A stretch of 59,406 nucleotides of DNA, the filler included, from Sphacelaria rigidula (taxonomy: Eukaryota), in NCBI GenBank assembly GCA_964200075.2. It is 7 parts of 7 records of this genome, joined end to end, with 100 filler letters (N's around TTAATTAATTAA, not from the genome) between each part and the next. Parts side by side here need not be neighbours in the genome. Positions count along the whole stretch, not along the records: positions 1 to 8,402 come from CAXNAA020011267.1; positions 8,503 to 16,903 come from CAXNAA020011268.1; 5 more parts are not named here. The stretch is one strand, 5' to 3'. Under the pieces are notes generated by a model. It worked only from the letters and a program-made list of their open reading frames with translations, did no database searches and was not told the origin of the DNA. Positions 1 through 12,100 of this stretch are shown piece by piece. Both the position numbers and the translations under genes were made by a program. Numbering within the stretch: the first letter of the stretch is position 1; each line of letters starts with the position of its first letter.

Positions 1-163
1 AAAAAAGAACACAAGAGCAAATAAAAAAAAAAAAAAAAAAACTTGCAATGTTATACTCACAACGACCAGTGCTTGGATCTCCCAACAATTAACACACATA
101 AATGCGCTCATTTTGGAATAGACGTGTTTCTTTCGCGCTGGGTGTAGTCTCGAACAGGTCTGA

Positions 164-354
164 GGCCGTGTCTTTATCAAATTATTTTCGTATCGAAAAC
201 GTGCGGTCGAATCGAATTTGCTCGTTTCTGATTCGTCCACGCTACTGATTTTTTCAGATGGTTGAGAACATGAATACCGTAGACAATCAGGTACAAGCAA
301 ATTCGATTCCCCCGTACGTCTTCGAGTCGAAAACAATTCGATAAAGATACAGCC
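164..354. mobile_element. Foldback MITE, PIF/Harbinger (Tourist)-like
   Basis: Imperfect inverted arms GGCCGTGTCTTTATC...GATAAAGATACAGCC extending ~80 bp inward; TGA directly on both sides (161-163, 355-357), a 3-bp TSD. Confidence 0.65.
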
Positions 355-834
355 TGAGAATCTCTACGAGTTCAAGAACCGTGACTTGAACGCGGTGCAG
401 CTTTACAACCCGGAGCATAGGCTCAAACAAAACACGCACGAACACCCGCAGCATGCGCTCAAGCGCAATGTGTCTAGGGCTAGCTCTAGCTCATTTTCTC
501 GCAGTGGAAGAAGGGCGACTGTGTGCGTCCCAGTATGATTCTGTTGAAACCGATTAGTCCCATGCGGTACTCCAGTCGTTCGGCAGCGCGGTGAGATGAG
601 AAGAATTGCTTGGAAACCTTCGGTGTAGATACTGGCATTGCACTTGATGCGTGTCGCCGTACCCTGACTGTTATATCATCCCTCAACCCACGCCACAATA
701 GTGGAGGAGCTGTGCGTGACCAGAATGCGTAAGAAGCAGCGTGACGCTGTTGAGCGGAAGATTAATTACTTCCCTCAACACGACGCGATCTGGCATATGT
801 ACGTTCCGTCGTGTTGCACCAATGTCTCCTTCAG

Positions 835-2066
835 GAGAGTAGCGATGCTGCCCCATCGCCAGCTACCGAAGCGCCCCAGTCAACCGAATCGGAGAGCAAG
901 CGTGGCAAGCGCGGGGGGGAGATGGGGGCGCCCCCTTCCTTCCTCGATAAACTGTGCGATATTCTCAACCACACCAGCCTGTCACAGCTCATCTCGTGGA
1001 ACAAGGTATGTCCACATATCCAGTGTTGCTGCAAAGCAATAGGGAATATTGACGGTGAGGGCGTTTGGTACGGTAAGGTGAAATTCCACTCACGACACCT
1101 GTCATAGACTATAATCGACCACATCGGGCTACTGTATTGGCAGTCGAAGAGTTAGTGGCAAAGAACAAGAGGACCGAGAGCGCCGTGGGCCTACTGTTCC
1201 AAAATCTTGAGCGCTTGGTTCCACTTGGCGCTGTCGAAAAGGCCTATCTGAAGATTACACCCTCGTGGGGATGGAGGGGGGGTCGACAAAAATGGAGGTG
1301 TTGACCCTTTGACCGCGAGGGTAGGTAATCTGGCTTTGCCGTCATTTTTCAAGTAAAATTGATGCTGATTCAACAGGTGACCTATGCTCGCGGTCGAAGA
1401 GTTGAACAGGGCCATGTACGGTAGGATTGTTGAACAGTGTTGCGGAGATCATGCATCGTTGTTTCAAGCTATCAAAAGCATATTTTGTTGTCTTCAACCA
1501 AGACGGGAAGATCTGTATGGGTGTTTGTTTTGAAGTTAGCCATTGTGTGAAGTTGGTTGGGAAAACTAAGGTCTGCACAACTTCGCCGAAAAGGCTTGAG
1601 TGTGGTTTGATTCATGTTGTGTTGAAGCAATCACACGGGCGGGCGTTTTGGCTGTCGCCCCCATCGCCCTTAAACTCTGCGTACTGCGATGCAGGAAGGT
1701 GATGGTATCGCCATCGGGCACGTGGAGCACTTCGCATCCAAGGTTCTTCCCAAGTACTACAAGCACAACAACTACCAAAGCTTTGTGCGGCAGGCGAGTG
1801 ATATGTTTTAATGCGTCACGTATCGTATCACACGTACCTGTACCGTATGTCGACTAACGACAAGGACAGTTTTCTGCAGAGTTATGGTGAGCTCTCGGAC
1901 AACGCGCTCATTGTCCTCCCTCAGCCCTGTGTGTCCTCGATTGAAATTGGCGAGGGCGACCGGTCTTCCAAAAGGAACGGGCGGTGAGGTTGTACGCTGT
2001 GATCACCGGTTGGAGCGATCCAGTGCGCTATTCCAGCATTTTATCTTCTAAGCGTTGAAAGACGAC

Positions 2067-2112
<46 letters not shown>

Positions 2113-5100
2113 TCCCCCCCCCCCCCCCCCCCACCCCTCTGCGCGAGGGGGGGGTGGGTTTTGGTNNNNNNNNNNCACCGGTTGGGGCGACCCCATGCGC
2201 TCTTCCCCCTTTTTTTCTTCCAAACCTTGAAAAACCACCCCCCCCCCCCCCCCCCCCCCTCTGCACTCTGCATGACTTCGCAGTTACCACGCCTGAACAC
2301 GAGGTTTCACAGATTGGGGATGGATTTTTATTGCGGATGACGACCCGGAGAATCAAATCTTCGTATCCACACCAAATCTTCGAAATGTGGCTCCATTTTT
2401 TTCACGTACTGGTAGCTATTGACAACTACTACACACCACACAAATTTGGATTTCGATCACCAAAATGTCGGGGTCCTAAATTCCCCAAAATTAGTTTTTC
2501 ACCTAGGACCCCGACATTTTGGTTATCGAAATCCAAATTTGTGTGGTGTGTAGTAGTTGTCAATATCTACCAGTGAGTGAAGAAAATTGGAACCATATAT
2601 CGAAGATTTGGTGTACATACGAGAATTTTACTTCTGCGGGTTGTCATCTCCAATGAAAAAATCCATCCCCAATTTGTAAAACCCCCTATTTCTACCTATA
2701 ATAAGCCGCAGAGACGACACCCCCCTCTGTCGCATCCACCTCATATGTCGTGTTTTTGTCACGAGGAGAAAATACAACGGCTTTGCAGTTTGTGCGCCGT
2801 GTGCACACATGTGCTTGTGAGGCTTGGCGCGCGCTGTGTGAGCATCTAATGAGCCGACATTATTTTCACTGTACAGTACAGATGAGTGCGAAGCATTGCC
2901 TGCCGGCGCTCAAAGGATCAACGTTTCCTCCCTGGGCATTGCTGCGTGGGAAAGTAGGATCACATTCCAGAGTAGTCCTTCCACCCGTTGCTCCATCAAA
3001 CTCGCCACAGGCAAGGTCGCAGGTTCTCGTGGATGCCCCAGTCAACAACGTCGCCAGAACGCGCACATTTTGTTTCCACTGTTGTTATCCTGCCCTATCG
3101 CTTCCCCCGTCCGGCACAGCTCAACATCTACGGATTTCACAAGACGAAACACGACGAGCAGCACGTGGAGTTCAAGCACCCCAATTTCAGACGAGGGCAG
3201 CGGCATCTGCTACGCCTCATCCGACGCAAGAGTCAGGGCAGTGCGTCCCCCAAGCAACGACGCGACGACCATGTGCGATATTTAACGGTAGAGAATCCAT
3301 GGTTCGGACGAATCATACCCGGTTCGAATCACCAAATCCACGATTTTTCAGGCCTGATTGCGCGAAAGAGAGAAAAAAAATTACCGGTGGTCAGAAAGGT
3401 CTCCACGCAATTGTTGCGCCATTCCACGTGCCTGGGCAGCGCGTACCTGGGTTGTAACGCTGAGAACAAAGCCAAAGAATTGATTCGTACGGTACGAACC
3501 AATTACACTAAAATCAAGTAATTTCCTGACGAATCATTTATTCGTCCGACCCGGGAGAGAATCGGAATCCCACAATATGTGAAACATCAGACTCGTGCAA
3601 GAGGTGCGAGTCACTTCCCGGGGTGCTGCAGCGATACCTGCTTGAGTCAGCATAGGGCGAGCATAAACTCAATTGCACGTCCGACATTTAAACGTCATTA
3701 TTGAAAGTGGAAGCGATTACTGCCGTCGTGTCCCATTCGTGTGTTCTTCGATTACTGCTGGGATCATTCAAGGTAAACTTTCAGTTAGCTTATCAAAAGT
3801 ATGAGTTGAATTCGTTGACTGCGATTCTGAAGAGATCGCGTGTACTATGAGGAGAATTCTTGGTTTGGTGGGATGTGATGCCTTCATGGCTGCAGCATGC
3901 AATGTAATACTCGAAAACTTGAAAGACGGAGTTCGCTTTGTCAATTACACTTATCCTTGCACAGACGAATACTTATCTACTCCGGGACTCCGGGTGTAGA
4001 TTTTCAACACAATGACCGATTTTTTTTTTCCTCTTTTCCTTTCACGTTCCCAATAAAGCTGCGGGCGTGCAGTTCGTGTACCGACGGCAGCCGATCGGAC
4101 TACCGCTGTTGAGCGAGGAAGGCACGGGATGGTCCTTGTAGTGAGTAGTGAGTACAGTTGTTCTACCAACCTCGCATTGCTCGGCAACAGCCGACGCTTG
4201 TGTGTTCTCCCACCTTGTGTCAACCGACACGCGTCGACAGGGCACTACGGAGGCAAAGGATATCTTCGATCGAGTAACCGCCGAGATGAGACGCGTATGC
4301 AACAGGGTATCGGTGAGTTTTAGTATCCTGTGTAGTACTATCGTGCTGTACGCTACTGTCTGCGCTTGTGACCACAGGTGGATTCGCAGCGGCTCAGTGA
4401 GCCTGCAAGAATCAACTATACCAGACCAAGCAACCGATTGTGTTTACTGTCGAGCGTACATCTGCCTCTGCTACACGTGAGAACATGTCTTCCTAATCAT
4501 GACCACCTCTTCCCGCCTCTTTTGAAACAGGCGTTGGAGGCCCAAATTTGGGTGATGAATGATCGTCATCATACGCTCAAGCTGGAGAGTACAGCCCTCT
4601 GGCGTACGGTGCTTGAGGCGGGAGATGGGCGTCTTCGAACGAAGGCTCAGGAAGCTATGGCGGCGGTGCAACGTGTGGTAAGTACCCCGCGTCCCTTCGC
4701 GTGGGAGTTTTTGATACGGTAGCGACACAGGGCAGAGACTAAGCATTTCGATTGTTAGCGGCACCCGGAGGGTAGTAAACACTGTTTCCAAGATCATGCA
4801 CGATGAGTTACCACGTGAGTATACTAGTTAGCCTATTCAGCATGTAAGATTTTGTGTACGTGTTCTGTGCCAACAGCCACGGGGAGATGGGCAGCGACGA
4901 TTAAAATGCGGAGAGAGCAATTGCAGCCGGTAGCGCACTTCGAACGCAAGTTCATCCTTGCGCTTGTGCCTATGCTTCGTGTGTCGGGAATCGAGTTCAT
5001 TCCTCTTGCTAACGATCCCGCCAAATGCAGGTGCACCACTTTATCAACGCATGAAGTGGCTGCCGCGGCTAAATATGGCACTGGTTGTGCAATAGCCTGA

Positions 5101-6761
5101 TGTGGGTTGCCCATCTTCATGTCAACTTGACAGGATATCTTCCATCATATCGTGCATGTCTGAACCCCACTGAGTTACTTTGAAATACTCCAAGCGGCTC
5201 ATCATATCGTGCATGTCTGAACCCCACTGAGCTACTATGAAATACTCCAAGCGGCTCCAAGAAAGCCGATGATGAACGGTGTAGTTAGTAAAAACAGTCT
5301 GCGCTTTGCACATGGAGATCGTACGCCTGTTGTACACCACTGAATCAAGTGTTTTCCGCGCAACTTGCCCCCACCGCCCCTCCCGAAAACCTGCACGGTA
5401 GGTTTTTAACGCCTGGTTCTGGATCACCTGAATGTCATCATCTGTGGGTAAGTGTCTCCGGCTACCCCCCCCCACTCCCCTCCCCCTGAACACCGAGTCC
5501 AGCAGCGACACAGTCCACCGTCGCGCTCTTATGTTGGAGCTCGTTTTTAGTGCGCACAGCTTTTTTGCCGGTCGTTTTCCGCATGGTGCGCACACGTGAA
5601 CAGGCGTGGACATCAGCAGAGCTGGAAGTATTTGCGAATCACGGCGATGCCGGTGAAGAGACGGCGCATCGACCCCGTCCGTCGTCTTCCCAAACCCCTC
5701 TTCCAACACAACAGGCATCATCGTCGTCATCAGTGTTGATGACTTCACTGAATAATTCACTGAACACCCCCTCTGGAAGCAGCTGCAGCGAGGGTGTAAG
5801 AGTCCCTTCGCAGACAGCTGTGTCTGCAGTTGCCGGGCGCGGTAGCGGCGACAGAGTCAGGGGCGTTCAATCTGGAGATGACTCGGTTGCTTCTACGAGT
5901 GCCCCTCACGCGTCAACTTCTTCCGGAGCGGCGGCCGATCAGCTGATCAGCGATACTCTGCTGCGCTTAGCGGCCGCTCGTGTCCCAACTGTTACGCAGA
6001 CGCAGACACCGGCAATATCGGGAGCGATCGATGCCACGGCAAGCTCCTCCGCGGGTGGTGATACCAATCGAGCTGTAAATACCCCGCGGCAAGATGGATT
6101 ACGGCAGGAAAAAAGTGCTTCTGCGTCGTCGGTGGGCCATTCAAAATTTTTGGATAGCGCAGTTGCGCCGCAACAACCGCCGGGCTCGGCCGCCGCCGCC
6201 ATCGCCGCCGCTGCTGCTGCCTCACTAACTGGCGCTGGCGCTGGCGACGCTTCAGGTAGAAGCACGAGGGGGGAAGTACGAGGGTGGAATTCTGCGTACT
6301 ATAGGATTGCCCCATCCGCTGACGCCCGCGATGCGGCCATTGTCGCGAGCAAAATCCTGCCGACCGACAACGATCCCGGCGACAGCCAAAGAAACAGTAG
6401 TCCTGTTTCATTTCATGATGAGCACGAAGGCCGGGGCGAAATAGAATTCGACGAAACAGACATTGGAGATGCGGTCGATCGTAGCGGGGAGCAGAGATGG
6501 GAGACGGATCTGATGGATGGTGAGCTAGCGGCAGATTTTCAACCAACAACAGCGACCCCCACCGCCGCCGTCGATTGTGGCGGCGATGCTAGTGGGGATC
6601 CTGGTGTGGTAGTTGCGAGTGGGGAACATAATGCTGACCGAGGAGCTGCGGGGAAGAAAAAGAGGGACGCGGGCAAGCGGCCGCTGGAGTTAGAACTGGG
6701 GCCACAGGAAATAAAATCGGCTCGGGCGGACTCGAACCAACGACGGAGGCCGGCGTCGTGA
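835..6761 (+). CDS. HSF: Heat shock transcription factor (HSF DNA-binding domain, HR-A/B coiled coil, long low-complexity C-terminus); 5' end uncertain
   Basis: Exons 835-1005 (or ATG at 922), 1695-1793, 3120-3272, 4241-4312, 4531-4677, 5604-6761 all join in phase 0. Product: PPSFLDKLCDILNH..ISWNK|EGDGIAIGHVEHFASKVLPKYYKHNNYQSFVRQ|LNIYGFHKTKHDEQHVEFKHPNFRRGQRHLLRLIRRK, the canonical HSF DBD, then heptad DIFDRVTAEMRRVCNRVS|ALEAQIWVMNDRHHTLKLE. Donor at 1794 is GC. Linkage of the last exon is inferred. Confidence 0.9.
1305..1401. mobile_element. ~97-bp piggyBac-like MITE (copy 1, HSF intron)
   Basis: Termini CCCTTTGACCGCGAG...CTCGCGGTCGAAGAG flanked on both sides by TTGA; homologous copy at 50731-50828. 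Confidence 0.55.
2301..2685. repeat. Long inverted repeat / foldback in HSF intron
   Basis: Arms 2301-2478 and 2504-2685 are reverse complements, near perfect over the inner ~70 bp (GACAACTACTACACACCACACAAATTTGGATTTCGAT..CCAAAATGTCGGGGTCCTA); loop ~25 nt. Confidence 0.9.
3298..3555 (+). mobile_element. hAT-type MITE (~250-bp family), copy 1
   Basis: TIRs CATGGTTCGGACGAAT / ATTCGTCCGACCCGGG; perfect 8-bp TSD AGAGAATC (3290-3297, 3556-3563); homologues at 23711, 34327, 40332. Confidence 0.9.
5143..5257. repeat. 57-bp tandem duplication in HSF intron
   Basis: CATCATATCGTGCATGTCTGAACCCCACTGAG(T/C)TACT(T/A)TGAAATACTCCAAGCGGCT present twice. Confidence 0.9.
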
Positions 6762-7095
6762 AGAAAATTGTGTCGGTATTTCGCACGAGTTGGTCCCGGC
6801 TAAAGAGACCACAGCGCCCCTCCGGAAACTTGTCACTCGAAGTTCGGGAGGTAGGGCCTGAAAATTTCTTCTTGAGGAGCATATCGACTATTCGAAGACT
6901 TCCCTTGCTGTTTCTTCGTTTTATTCTGTTTCCCTGAGGAGACGATGGAAATTTTACCTGAACTTGAGTCAAACATGCCTGATTGACGTGGCTTTTTTTT
7001 TCCAGCTACAGTTGAGGAACGGTTGATACCCTCCTCGACATTTGAGGCCCTGATTCTCCAACCCCGAGCGACCAATGCAACATTGTGTACATTCC

Positions 7096-7442
7096 TGTGT
7101 GTGTTGTCGTCCCATCTATTCTGGACGCCGGTCTACACGTTTCGGTATATGTGGGCGCACCAGCCTGGGTCACACAGGAGGAAGGTCAACACAGGTTTTT
7201 TTTCTTGTTTGTTTTTAGACCTCCACCTTTCTTCTGCGGTGATTGCATTTCTTTTTGAAATCGAGAGGAGTTCAGCAGTCCCCTTCCCTCGTCGACTGTT
7301 GAGTCGAATTTGGTGTAACCACGACGTAGTCGCTCTCCACTGCTGGGCATGGTGTGAGAAAAAATCCCAGGTCGCTCCGAGATTTGAAATCGCGACCCAG
7401 CCGTCAAAAGGTTTTCAGGTTACCACCTGAGCCACCGGGGCG
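7096..7442 (-). mobile_element. tRNA-derived SINE family 1, full-length copy
   Basis: Minus strand starts CGCCCCGGTGGCTCAGGTGGTAA (A box), has a B-box-like segment, ends ...CAGAATAGATGGGACGACAACACACAC; homologous to 17004, 26029 and 47569 copies. Confidence 0.85.
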
Positions 7443-8402
7443 GGGCGACTATGGGCTTGTAAATACCATACCAATATTCAACATTCTTCCTCAATGTTTG
7501 GTCTGGCCACATTTCGAACGGCGACAAGTTGGGTGTCGAGAACAGATATCGTTGTTCTCGCCTTGGTGTCAGCAACGTGCGCATCGATTTCGGAACGATC
7601 GACAAAGAAATCATTTATAGATTCGTGTACCAAACCCTCCGCTCAACCCTCTTCACCGACCATGATTTTTATTATCAGATTTGAACGACTCAGTCTCGTG
7701 AGGTTTTTTGGAGGACAGCTTTTGCAGACGTGGCTGGATGCTCAAGTAGATAAAGACAGCCAATAGGAGTCATGCGAACTAGAAGTTTTGGTGGCGAGAT
7801 TTGGTGCACGTTCTTTGGCTTATGCATTATTTGTCGCGTTCGTTGGTATCTTCGTACGTGCACGATGATTATATGTATATATATATATACTGCTGGCGCC
7901 GCGGTCATCACTATTTGTTGTCTAGAGCTGCCATTTGGTTCTAGTTGTATGGCACATGCGCGTGGTGTGACTGTCTCGCGCGGCATATGCATGGCAGCGG
8001 CCTTGTCCATGTAGGCGTTGTCCGTAGTTTGCGCCAAAAACAACTATCTTGAACCCCGCCCGTTTCTTGCCAAACTAAGGATACGCGCGGTTTAAGGGTA
8101 ACTGCCGCCAGCAAGTCGCCTTTCATATGCCCGCATAGTGCGAAATGATGGAAGTGCACGAGTGACATCAGAGTGCGCTGCGCACTCCAGGATGGTTGTA
8201 TGGTTGCGGGGAACCTAGTTTTGTGTTTTGTTTCGCTGTTGTTCCAGCTATCTGCCGCGTTCACGTTTTGGACTCCTTGGCTACTACCAGCCGGTATCTA
8301 TTCTGGTTGACGTGTAGTGTTGGCTCTCGTGTTTCGCTTTTCACTGTTTTTTCACTAGAAACAGCCGATCATCTATGTTGAGGATGGTGCTTTTCATTGA
8401 GG

Positions 8403-8502
8403 NNNNNNNNNNNNNNNNNNNNNNNNNNNNNNNNNNNNNNNNNNNNTTAATTAATTAANNNNNNNNNNNNNNNNNNNNNNNNNNNNNNNNNNNNNNNNNN
8501 NN
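8403..8502. other. Artificial contig spacer (N44-TTAATTAATTAA-N44); identical spacers at 16904-17003, 25405-25504, 33906-34005, 42407-42506, 50907-51006
   Basis: 100-bp linkers with a six-frame stop cassette separating contigs of 8402, 8401, 8401, 8401, 8401, 8400 and 8400 bp. Confidence 0.97.
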
Positions 8503-9133
8503 TCTAAGCGATCGAGGGGCATTAGGCCGACAAGAAAGTCATTGGGCACCATCGCTGAAAGCGTGGAGAAAGTACTGTTTTGAGCTCGAACCTCGTTTCA
8601 TTGATGAACCTCATTTTATAGAATCCTCTGTTACTCGCCGCATTTTTTACCAGCCTCTACTTGCATGTTTACCAACTCGCGGTTTTCCGTCACCCGCACT
8701 AATTGTTTTTACAAGTCGCGAACTGGGCGCTATTTGAGCCCTCTCTCCATTGCACACGTTATTCGGTGCACCGATTCTTGGGTTTTGCATATTGATATTC
8801 ATTCCTTGCCTTCACCCCTGTACCTACGGTATCGTTGCGACATTTGCACTGCTGCTCATACCCCGTGCGCTGTGACGCACGTGATTGCAGTCGTTGCCTA
8901 GCAACGTATTCTGCAAACCGAATCCCACCATGTCGGTAGACAGCTTTCTCATTTTCTCAGACTCCCTCGGCTGAATATTGTACACCGCTGGCGCTTATAA
9001 TTTCCCGGCCGCTGTCGTGTGTACTATTACCACCTTACACCAGCGTTGGTTCATTGTAAATTAAGTGCACACTGTTTGTTTTTGCACCATACTAACGTTT
9101 GGCGTCCGTACTCCTCGTTCATTCTAGATCACT

Positions 9134-12100
9134 ATGGCACAACCTGGTAGAACCACCTCGCTGCCCGCCTCCACCAGCCCTAGGTCCGGCCACCGCAAGT
9201 CTTCTGCTCAACATGATGCCACACAATTGATCCCTCAGATGTTCGCAGGACATGAAGAGCACAAGGCTGTTGTGCCTATGACCGACTCCTCCAATACTCG
9301 TCGTCAGATACGCTACATCCCTCGTGTCAGGGATAGTCCCCAGTTCAAGCCCCCTGACAATCGTAGTTCGATGCGCTACGTTCCTCGTGTCAGGGATAGC
9401 ATTCACTGCAAGACCCCCAACACTCGTAGTCCGACATGCTACGCTCCTCATGTCAGGGACGGTCCCACGGCGGCTTCACCTTTACAGGCAGCCCGTTCTA
9501 TGACACTCGTGCCGTCGACGCGTCAAGCCCCTCGTGTCGCGTCTGATCTCACAGCGATGCCATCTGTATCTACCCCAGCTCTTTCAGCTCCTTCGACGCG
9601 AAGTCAAAAGTGTGACGCTACGCGCCTTGGGTCGGCGACGCGAGCAATGCCGCCGACATTTGCTTCGTCTTTCGTACCCCGGTTCCCATGTCCGACAAGC
9701 CCCTCGCACTCCGGCCCTCATGATGATTCCAACACCACAGCAATACCACTGGCCGCGGTCCTCGAACAATTGCTTTGTCCCTCGCCAGCTCTCGTGTCCG
9801 CCCATTCGGCGGCAAAACCTCTCTCGCACGCGCTCGCCGCCGCCTTTCAGGCCGCTGCCTCGCATCCGGCTTCCTCCGCTCATGTCCATTTTGAGGATCC
9901 TGCACAACACATGACTTCTGGATCTGCGCATGTTGCGATGCTCAACACTGCGTTGCCTCCTGATCCTCGCCCAGATTTGAGGTATGTTGTCGACACTTTC
10001 CTCCTCCACCTCCGAAGTATCAAGATTATTTGCATGCCTCTGTGCGCCCAGACACGTCGGGAGATCAGGATGGACCCACCGCTCACGTAGCTTGCAATGG
10101 TGCCGATAATAGCGTTGAACAGGGGCGTAGCCCTCGTCCGGACCATGGCGCCGTACCATTTCCAACGGCCAGTCTACCCAGCAATCGGGAACTGGTGTCA
10201 TCGTCACCTGACCGCGACAGAACGTTTGACACAACAACACATATTCTCGATGTACGAACTTCATTGTCGGATGTATTCTCAACTCCTGGGTCCTCGACAA
10301 CGAGATCTCATGGTCAGATGTCACGAAGCTCTTTATTGCCCATTACCACGACCTTATCTGACGATCGCACATCCCGCCGTCACCGCCGTCGAACTGACCG
10401 CGATGCCCCGCCCCGCCCGACCACCGCAACTACACGTACCGTCGAACAACAAATCGCAGATCTACAACATTGCCTACAATCAGCGATAGCCATGGACTAC
10501 CAGATGCCTTCGACTTCAGCAACCCCTTCGGCTGCCGCCACGCCACCGCCACTACCGCCGCCGCTGGTGACACGGCCATCGAGAGTGTCCACACTCCTGG
10601 CCAAGTGCCTTTCACTGCAACTGCGCCAACTGTTGCACCGACTGCTGCCCCCGAGCCTTCGACCATCACCGCCGCACCTCGAGAAACACCGACAGTTCCT
10701 GCGCCCCCATCGGCCCCTAAGTCGCCTCCGATTGCGACGACCGATCACCAAGCTCTTCTCGACAAAGAGCACTGCCATACCAGCTTGTTGCTACGATGGC
10801 CGGTCCTTGGGAGGAACAAGAACGGATTCTCCGCGAGTACGCAGCCTTCTCGCGACCATCACCTCCCGCCCCTCCAGCACTGTCTCCCCGCCAACAAGCG
10901 GACGACAATGCCTACCGCATCATAGACGAGGAACTGTCGGCGAAAACCAGGCGCCAACAGGCTACGGTGGACGCCGCCCAAACCCGCCAACTTGTGGCAC
11001 AGCGCACCTTCGACGAAAAAGCAGAAGCGTTCAAGACTTTGCGGGCCCTTTTGCATCAGGACGAACAACTCCTTCGTGATAACACGGTGACTGCGGCTAC
11101 CGCTGTCAACGAACTTCGATTGCTCGCAACCGATCGCCGGCTCCCTCGTCTGCGGTAGACCTCCTCGCCCTCCGCTGCCGCCCCGCACCCATCGTACCCT
11201 TCGAGCGATGCGGGCTACCGGATTCCCCGGAAGCCTGGATATCACACTTACGCTGCGGCGGTCACCTCGGCCCACGCCGACACATCGTCGTCGGCACAAC
11301 ACCACACATCGCCGCCCGCAACTGCTGCCACTTCAATCATCAGCGGGACTCATGCTGCACCAACGTGCATCAGCCTCACGGACCACGAGCACTCTTGGGT
11401 GCAGCTCACCATCAGCGATCTTTCGGAGCCGTACACGCCCCCCAATGTTTTCAAGTGTTGACAGATTGCATGGACTTCTTTGACGCTACCCATCAATACC
11501 GTGGTCGTCCCATTCCTGCGTCAGGGGGGCACACTCCCTAACAACGACCCCAGTTTACTTTTCGTGAGAACGGTTAGTACTGTACATGTCCATCGGTCAG
11601 GGACCGGGTCAGCAGGCCTACCAAGACGCAGTCATCACACTTACACAGCCGTGCGTGCTGCTGACGGCATCTCCACCTCGGGCAAAGACGATGGGGTTGA
11701 CCCCCGTTCAGAATGCCGACGCGACGGCGACGACTTCGACGACACTGATCGTGGAGGGGACCATCGTCGTCGCCGTAATGGCGGAAGTGGGCCTCCACCC
11801 GGTCCGCGCCGCCAGCACCCCTCGCGCCAGATGGGTTGCGGCACGCGCGGCAACAACAGAAACCGCGGAGCTGGTTCATCGATTTCTTCATCGGGCAAAG
11901 CCCGACATCGCACAGACCGCGCCCTGCCACCACTTCAGGCAATTATGGCCATTTCTAGGCAAGTTACCCCCCGATTAGCCGATTTCTCGGAAAATCTTTT
12001 GGGTGCTTCGGGTAGTCATAGCTCATTGCGTCCACTGTTTTCCACGTCAGCTAAATCCTTGGCAGCTGCAGTCGCCGTCAAAGAGTAGGCCGATACCCAC

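Noticed and set aside
2055..2260. Proline-rich (formin/extensin-like) ORF or Gly-rich antisense ORFs
   Set aside because: Poly-C runs next to an N gap inside an HSF intron; low-complexity, low-quality sequence
3273..3521. ORF extensions sharing FGRIIPGSNHQIHDF (also 34499-34690, 40411-40665)
   Set aside because: Translations of the non-coding hAT MITE
7023..7430. ORFs sharing [19 protein letters not shown] (also 17047-17409, 47573-47929) as a gene family
   Set aside because: Antisense translations of SINE family 1
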